From: Octopus sinensis
Taxonomy: Eukaryota
Direction of reading: 5' to 3'
Length of the DNA: 58,212 bases
Assembly: GCF_006345805.1 (NCBI RefSeq)
Contig: NW_021834832.1
Location: forward strand, 1-58,212
A program made the translations under genes and the position numbers. Shown here one piece after another: positions 53,031-58,212 of this stretch (position 1 is its first letter; every line of letters starts with the position of its first letter). Below the pieces are notes generated by a model, which ran no database searches, had not been told where the DNA came from, and saw only the letters and a program-made list of their open reading frames with translations.

Positions 53031-54052
53031 GTAAGTATTTTAGCAACATTGGTAATCTATGGATTTCCAACATAATCAATAATGGTAGATCAATCCCAGC
53101 ATTAGGCCGAAACGAGTTTTATTAACTTCGAAAATGAGCGGAAAAAAAGAGGAAAGAGAAAAGAAAAATAGTGGGATATCAGTGGAATTCGAAATCGGAA
53201 TTCAGACATGACTGTGCGGGTTAGAGATTCCTTTCCTAACCACATAGATTTGGATTCAGTTCTACTGCGCGGCATCTTGGCAAGGGATTTCTACTTTGTG
53301 AGTGAACTTGGCAGAGGGAAACTGAAAGAAGCCTGTCGTGAGGCCTATGGTTATATATATATATAAGTACCCTATTTTTAAATGCTTACAACCTCAATAT
53401 AATTGACAACTATAGGCAATAAAAAAAATACTTTTAACCATAGGCTGAAACAGCTGTAAGGAGTGATTTTAATGATTTCAATAATTTATATTATGATTTT
53501 TATAATTTGTATTCTTATCTTATATATATTGAATTATAAGATATATATGTATGCTATTAAGGTTCTCATTTTGTTAAATGAATGAATAATTCAACATTCT
53601 AATATCCGAAAGTTGATGAACAAACTAAATTGTTTCTCCATTTTCTTATTTATATTATATATATATATATATATACATGCATGCGTGCAAGTATATGCAG
53701 CTGAGATTTCTTCGAGAACCGCCGAGCTATGGAGCGGTAACGTTGTTGTCATTCCCCTGTTGGCAACGCATCCGCTGGCTTTGCTCTTTCGAAAGTATCT
53801 AAAAATAAAAGATGCCTTGATAAAACGGGCAAAGGTTAACGTCAGGAAGAGCATCTGGTTTCAAAATGATGCTTCAATAATGTATTCGTCTAACCCATAC
53901 TAGCATGGAGAAATGTAAAGAAGAATGAACGGTGCACACCCATGTTACACATAGTCATGACTCACTTGATGCGTTAATTCGTCGGTTTTTAGTTGTATTT
54001 AGAAACGAATTCCTTCGTTTTCCTGTTCTTTTACCATTTATTTATTTTGTAG

Positions 54053-54150
54053 AGTGTTCAGAGCTGGAGGAATGATTTGAACTTCGGTCTCCAGCGAATC
54101 ACGGGCTGTAACCCCAGCTTCATAAAGTTGTGTACGAAAATTCCAGAAAA
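54053..54150 (+). CDS. Lipoxygenase coding exon 4 (98 nt, SVQSWRNDLNFGLQRITGCNPSFIKLCTKIPE+aa)
   Basis: tattttgtag|agtgtt...ccagaaaa|gtatgt. Contains the LOX signature WxxDxxFGxQRxxGxNPxxIxxCxxxP; ends in phase 2. Confidence 0.95.
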
Positions 54151-55153
54151 GTATGTACGAGTATATTGAGTTCGTTTTTTTTTCTCAAATATCTTCTTCA
54201 GACATTTAAGGGCAATCTCCGAAATTAGCAACAGGATGAGTGAAAGAAATCGTAGTTTATGACAGAGAGAAAGCAGTGCAACAAATAATCAAATTATCTC
54301 CAGGGCCTAATGCCAGGTCCGGATGTAAAGAAAAAAAAAAGAAAAAAAACCGGACTTCACTAAAATTGCAGAAATATCAGCGCCAAGCAGTGTTTAAACA
54401 TATTTTAACTAATTTAGAGTTTGCTTATGCCTTATCACTGCTTGGCGCTCATATTGTTTTCCCGATCTTGGCGGTCTACTGCCACAAATCAATCAATGTT
54501 GTTTACTGTATTTTAGTTAAAGCCCCGGCTTTGAGTAGGTCTGTTCAGAGTTGTCCCTCTTAGGTATTTCGCATTGATAACGACCAAAGAGCTGGAAACA
54601 TCGATGTCTGGGATGACAGGTGGCAGCACTGGACAGATATGGTGTTTCCACACCTTTTTCTTTTATCATAAGAGAGAATTCCCCATGCAGTGAGTTTGCC
54701 TTTCGCAGTTGAAATATGCCACAAACATATTTTAACTAATCTAAAGTTCGCTCATATCATTTTTTAAAGATTAGTATTAAGTGTGACTTCGAAATTTCGG
54801 TCTGTTTAGAGATGTGCATACATAACAAGGATATATGGGTCTGAGGTCGTGTGCTGAAAGTAAAACGATTGCAGCATGGAAAACGTACGCTTAGTCATTT
54901 AGAAACACATAAAGATCGACAACTTCGCTCAGACATTTATTCGTAATATGGTGAAAAAATTTTCTTCACTTGAAACGAAACTGCGACCTGATCACTGGGA
55001 AAAAACAACAACAACAACAACAAAAAACAACAAAAAAACTGCTGCTTCGAGTGACGAATTTTTTGCCACCATATTATGAATAAATGCCTGTGCGAAGTTC
55101 TCAGTCCTTGTGTGGTTCTGATTGGCTAACTTATGCCCTGCGCGTTGCAATCG

Positions 55154-55202
<49 letters not shown>

Positions 55203-55686
55203 GAAATAGTTGGTTATAGTGGGTTGGGAGGAGGACGGCTGCGTTGAGGCTGTTATCGGTATTTACCATCTGAATTCTTGCTTTTGGCCTCCAAGTGGCT
55301 CTTAACCGAACGTCTGAATATGAGAACTGGTCAAGTGCTAAACTGCTGTAGAGCCACTTATCTGGTAGAGCAACAGCGGATGCGAACGACTGTGTGTGTG
55401 TTTGTGTGTGTGTGGTGTGTGTGCGTGAGTGTGTGCACATGTGTGTGTATGAAAGAGAGACAGAGAGAGAAAAGGAAAGGAGAAAGAGGAGTGAGAGAGC
55501 AATTTCTCTGAAGGAGACACGGAATGCGAGGAGAGAGTTTAGAGAAGAGCATTGAGGGTTCGAATAAGAAAAAGGAAAGATAAAGAATCCGGTGGGGGGG
55601 AGATTTGCACAACTGAAGAGCAGAGATTGTGTGTGCGTGTGTGTGTGAGGGAGAGAGAGAGGGAGAAAGGGAGACATGTGTGTGTG

Positions 55687-55735
<49 letters not shown>

Positions 55736-56074
55736 AATATGTTACGAAAAGAAAATATAAAATACACGAGGAAATGTAAGGGTAAAATATGAAAAATCAA
55801 CGAAAATGCATATTGCAGATAGAAAAAGGCTATTTATGACAGGTAACGACAAATATATACATTTAGATTGACTGAGGTAGTAATTCGAGTCATTAAGGTC
55901 ATTATTATGAGATGATTATAAGATGATAATAAAGTAAGAGAACAAAACGAACCAATGATTTACGCAAAGCTATTCATTCTATATATATAGAGAGAAAGAG
56001 AGAGAGTATATGAAGCGTTTTCGTCAGGATGATTCAAACTAATAGGTATGCGTTCTGAGTTTTCAAATAGTTGT

Positions 56075-56123
<49 letters not shown>

Positions 56124-56299
56124 GTATATTTAAAGGTAATTTTTCGTTTGGCTTCCAATTTTTATCCAGGACCGATGTAGAAGCTCCTTCAAATGTTTCT
56201 CTTTTTGTTTCCTGCGGGTTTTCACCCTAACCCTAACCCACCCCGATAAAAAGAACCCATATGAAGAACCCCTCTTTTTTTTTCTTTGCTTTATTTCAG

Positions 56300-56432
56300 T
56301 ATGGGTGTCGACGAAGAAATGTTGAAACCTCAACTGGAAGACAAAACTCTGGAAGAGGTAATCGCCGAGAAAAGACTGTTCTACACCGACCACAAAATTA
56401 TGGATGGACTGAAGCACCGAGAAGATTTCGAT
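56300..56432 (+). CDS. Lipoxygenase coding exon 5 (133 nt, (N)MGVDEEMLKPQLEDKTLEEVIAEKRLFYTDHKIMDGLKHREDFD)
   Basis: ttatttcag|tatgggt...ttcgat|gtaact. The phase 2 start matches exon 4, and LExxxxxxRLFxxD is a LOX motif. No further exon found before the window end. Confidence 0.92.
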
Positions 56433-56927
56433 GTAACTACTACTACTACTACTGCCTTCATCATTATCATTACTTCCTCCTCTTCCACCTCCTCCCCTTC
56501 CACCTCCACCCCTTTCTCTTCATCCCCTTCCTTCCCTCCCCTTTCTCTTCATCTCCCTCCTCCTTCCCCTTCCTCCTTCTTCCCTTCCCCTCCCCTCCTC
56601 CCCTTCTCCCTCTTTCCCTTCCCCCTCCTCCCCTTCCTCCTCCCTCATTCATTATCCCCTCCTCCTCCTTCACTATAGTCTTCTTCTTCTTCTTATTCTT
56701 ATTCTCCTTCTTCTTCTTCTTCTTCTCTTCTTCTTCCTTCTTCTTCTTCTTCTTCTTCGTGTTCTTCCCTATACGTCTTAAAAGAAAATTTTTTCCCTGA
56801 CGAAAAACCGACGTTTGTGGCGTTAGGACAACACCATACATTATTACGCGTGTGGTGCTGAGAAGGTTTTTGTACCCGAGCTGCTTCTAAGGCTTAATTC
56901 GAAAACGGAAACACACACACACACACA

Positions 56928-56970
<43 letters not shown>

Positions 56971-57154
56971 ATATGTATATTTAAAGGTAATTTTTCGTTT
57001 GGCTTCCAATTTTTATCCAGGACCGATGTAGAAGCTCCTTCAAATGTTTCTCTTTTTGTTTCCTCCTGCGGTTTTCACCCTAACCCTAACCCACCCCGAT
57101 AAAAAGAACCCATATGAAGAACCCCTCTTTTTTTTTTCTTTTTGCTTTATTTCA

Positions 57155-57290
57155 TATGGGTGTCGACGAAGAAATGTTGAAACCTCAACTGGAAGAAGAC
57201 AAAACTCTGGAAGAGGTAATCGCCGAGAAAAGACTGTTCTACACCGACCACAAAATTATGGATGGACTGAAGCACCGAGAAGATTTCGAT
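57155..57290 (+). pseudogene. Second copy of LOX exon 5 lacking its acceptor (pseudo-exon or assembly duplicate)
   Basis: Near-identical to 56300-56432, but the acceptor reads tttcat instead of tttcagt (G missing) and there is an extra gaa codon. Confidence 0.8.
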
Positions 57291-57876
57291 GTAACTACTA
57301 CTACTACTACTAGCCTTCATCATTATCATTACTTCCTCCTCCTCTCCACCCCTCCTCCCCTTCCACCTCCACCCCTTTCTCTTCATCCCCTTCCTTCCCT
57401 CCCCTTTCTCTTCATCTCCCCCTCCTTCCCCTTCCTCCTTCTTTCCCTCCCCTCCCCTCCTACCCTTCCTCCCTCTTCCCTTCCCCCTCCTCCCCTCTCC
57501 TCCTCCCTCATTCATTATCCCCTCCTCCTCCTTCACTATAGTCCTTCTTCTTTTCTTATTCTTATTCTCCTTCTTCTTCTTCTCCTTCTCTTCTTCTTCC
57601 TTCTTCTTCTTCTTCTTCTTCGTGTTCTTCCTATACGTCTTAAAAGAAAATTTTTTCCCTGACGAAAAACCGACGTTTCTGGCGTTAGGACAACACACAT
57701 ACATTATACGCGTGTGGTGCTGAGAAGGTTTTTGTACCCGAGCTGCTTCTAAGGCTTAATTCGAAAACGGAAACACACACACACACACACACACACACAC
57801 CACACACACACACGTTCCTCCAATTACTTTTTCCCATTCACTCCCCTCTTATATCTTTCTCCTTCATCATGGTTCT

Positions 57877-57904
57877 CTGATGAAGGACTACCGTCCGAAA
57901 CGTG
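57877..57904 (+). ncRNA. Minimal hammerhead-like motif, probably decayed
   Basis: CUGAUGA-A-GGAC(UACC)GUCC-GAAAC-GU-G; G at the cleavage position and poor stem I. Confidence 0.5.
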
Positions 57905-58009
57905 ATTACTTTCCTCCCTTCTATTTAAACGATAAAACGATACATTTGTTAAAACTTGTCCCTTCCGTATTGTCTTATTTTTCTTTGCGTACGTGTCCTT
58001 CATTATGTG

Positions 58010-58040
<31 letters not shown>

Positions 58041-58106
58041 TACGCGCATGCAATGTATGTATTTGTTAGCGTTCGGTCTTTCGTTCGGATCAAGAAGATT
58101 GTCCAC

Positions 58107-58212
58107 GAGCATATAGCGTAGTGGTTAAGAGCGCGGGCTGCTAACCCCAAGATTCCGAATCGATTCCAGGCAGTGACCTGAATAACAACAACAATAGCAA
58201 TAATAATAAATG
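58107..58212 (+). mobile_element. Short tRNA-derived SINE with an (AAC/AAT)n tail
   Basis: A box tagcgtagtggtt, anticodon-like arm ggg-ctgctaa-ccc, degenerate B box aatcgattcc, tail aataacaacaacaatagcaataataat. Confidence 0.7.

Larger units (their letters stand above)
56077..57812 (+). repeat. About 0.85-kb tandem duplication containing LOX exon 5
   Basis: Unique parts 56120-56910 and 56970-57771, separated and flanked by (CA)n. Confidence 0.95.

Noticed and set aside
55190-55390. Open stretch on the - strand (DKWLYSSLALDQFSYSDV...), plus similar ones at 37980-38400 and 54530-54700
   Set aside because: No recognisable motif or splice-site pair; possibly decayed TE coding sequence, but I cannot support a call.
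56226-56240. Telomeric (CCCTAA) repeats, also at 14394-14404 and 57077-57091
   Set aside because: Only about two units, too short to call an interstitial telomere.
58107-58180. tRNA-Ser(GCT) gene
   Set aside because: No long variable arm, no convincing acceptor stem, degenerate B box and a simple-repeat tail; better explained as a SINE head.

Overview
Eukaryotic genomic DNA, very rich in microsatellites and transposons. The SINE families and repeat landscape point to a coleoid cephalopod, probably Octopus (inference). One protein-coding gene crosses the window on the + strand: an animal-type lipoxygenase (N-terminal PLAT domain, then the start of the catalytic domain). Five coding exons join in frame through canonical AG/GT sites (9541-10029, 45089-45133, 52899-53030, 54053-54150, 56300-56432; 299 aa). 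The iron-binding half of the enzyme lies beyond the right edge. Almost everything else is intronic, including a 35-kb intron. It holds tRNA-derived SINEs of several modular families, four non-autonomous Helitrons with intact ends, a Ty3/Gypsy pol relic split by two of those Helitrons, Tc1/mariner relics, RTE-like LINE ends with C2H2 fingers, R4/Dong-like LINE ends strung between (TAA)n tracts, and Penelope-like relics. The most interesting non-coding signal is a set of minimal hammerhead-ribozyme-like motifs, including a three-copy family that shares a non-canonical core (CUGUNGA). Two tandem duplications (33.7-37.9 kb and 56.1-57.8 kb, the second copying LOX exon 5) look like long-read assembly artefacts. 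SINE family letters A-D are my own labels, and repeat boundaries are approximate unless termini are quoted.
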